Below, one piece after another: positions 63,687-64,000 of a stretch of DNA of 64,000 bases. The notes beneath the pieces are model-generated. The model was not told where the DNA came from and ran no database searches. It worked only from the letters and a program-made list of their open reading frames with translations. The translations under genes were made by a program, and so were the position numbers. Origin of the DNA: Auanema rhodensis (taxonomy: Eukaryota; Animalia; Nematoda); NCBI GenBank assembly GCA_964057225.1, contig OZ059895.1:17236001-17300000 (forward strand), written 5' to 3'. Within the stretch, counting starts at the first letter, position 1; each line of letters opens with the position of its first letter.

Positions 63687-63858
63687 TCTTTTTAGACTTT
63701 CTCAAACTATTTTTAGGATTCATTCGTGCTTCTTGAAGCTTTTACTTCAGGTTACATCTTCTCTTATTCATTCAAATGAAATGTTTCAATTGAATATGTA
63801 CACGTATCCTTGAAAGTGGTGCAGCGATTATAATCGAGAAATGAAAACAATTTATCAA

Positions 63859-63930
63859 GCCTCATTGGCTCAGGGGCAGAGCGTCTGTCTAGTAAACAGA
63901 AGGTCGCTGGTTCGATTCCAGCATGAGGCA
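63859..63930 (+). tRNA. tRNA-Thr(AGT)
   Basis: Identical full cloverleaf; TTTTT terminator. Confidence 0.95.
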
Positions 63931-64000
63931 TCTTTTTAGACTTTCTCAAACTATTTTGAGGTATAATTCGTGCTTCTTGAAGCTTTTACTTCAGGTTACA

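Larger units (their letters stand above)
60968..64000 (+). repeat. Tandem array of tRNA-Thr-containing units (244 bp intact, 227 bp deleted), 13 tRNA-like copies, truncated by the window end
   Basis: gcctcattggctcagggg recurs at 61084, 61328, 61555, 61782, 62009, 62236, 62463, 62690, 62917, 63144, 63371, 63615 and 63859, with a conserved 172-bp spacer. Confidence 0.97.

Noticed and set aside
63276-63949. Two similar 61-aa minus-strand ORFs (MPHAGIEPATFCLLDRRS...)
   Set aside because: Antisense translations of tRNA genes.
60968-64000. CRISPR-like repeat/spacer array
   Set aside because: Spacers are homologous to each other, the repeat is a tRNA gene, and the context is eukaryotic.

Overview
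AT-rich, intron-dense eukaryotic DNA from a rhabditid (Caenorhabditis-like) nematode; the ORF track is mostly exon fragments and noise. All genes are on the + strand, and exon models were read by hand from splice phase and protein motifs. In order: (1) a ~1,200-aa MATH/BTB-like protein with a ~730-aa low-complexity N-terminus containing a tandem-repeat block (779-4840); (2) a Upf1-like SF1 helicase of the IGHMBP2/ERI-6/7 type (~5263-7972); (3) an RBM12-like RRM protein (8275-13040); (4) the ~27-kb daf-16/FOXO locus, with d/f-type, a-type and b-type alternative 5' ends and mutually exclusive forkhead N-halves (17958-44607); (5) a decayed mariner end (~45694-46090); (6) ~12 kb with no recognisable gene, rich in GA/TC tracts; (7) an SLC17-like MFS transporter (58188-60702); (8) a tandem tRNA-Thr(AGT) array running off the window end. 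The array is the most unusual element. It has 4 intact genes and 9 consecutive copies that share a 17-nt deletion, giving a 55-nt T-armless, B-box-less form, each preceded by CTTATCA and containing GTAAACA. Splice signals are strikingly degenerate throughout.
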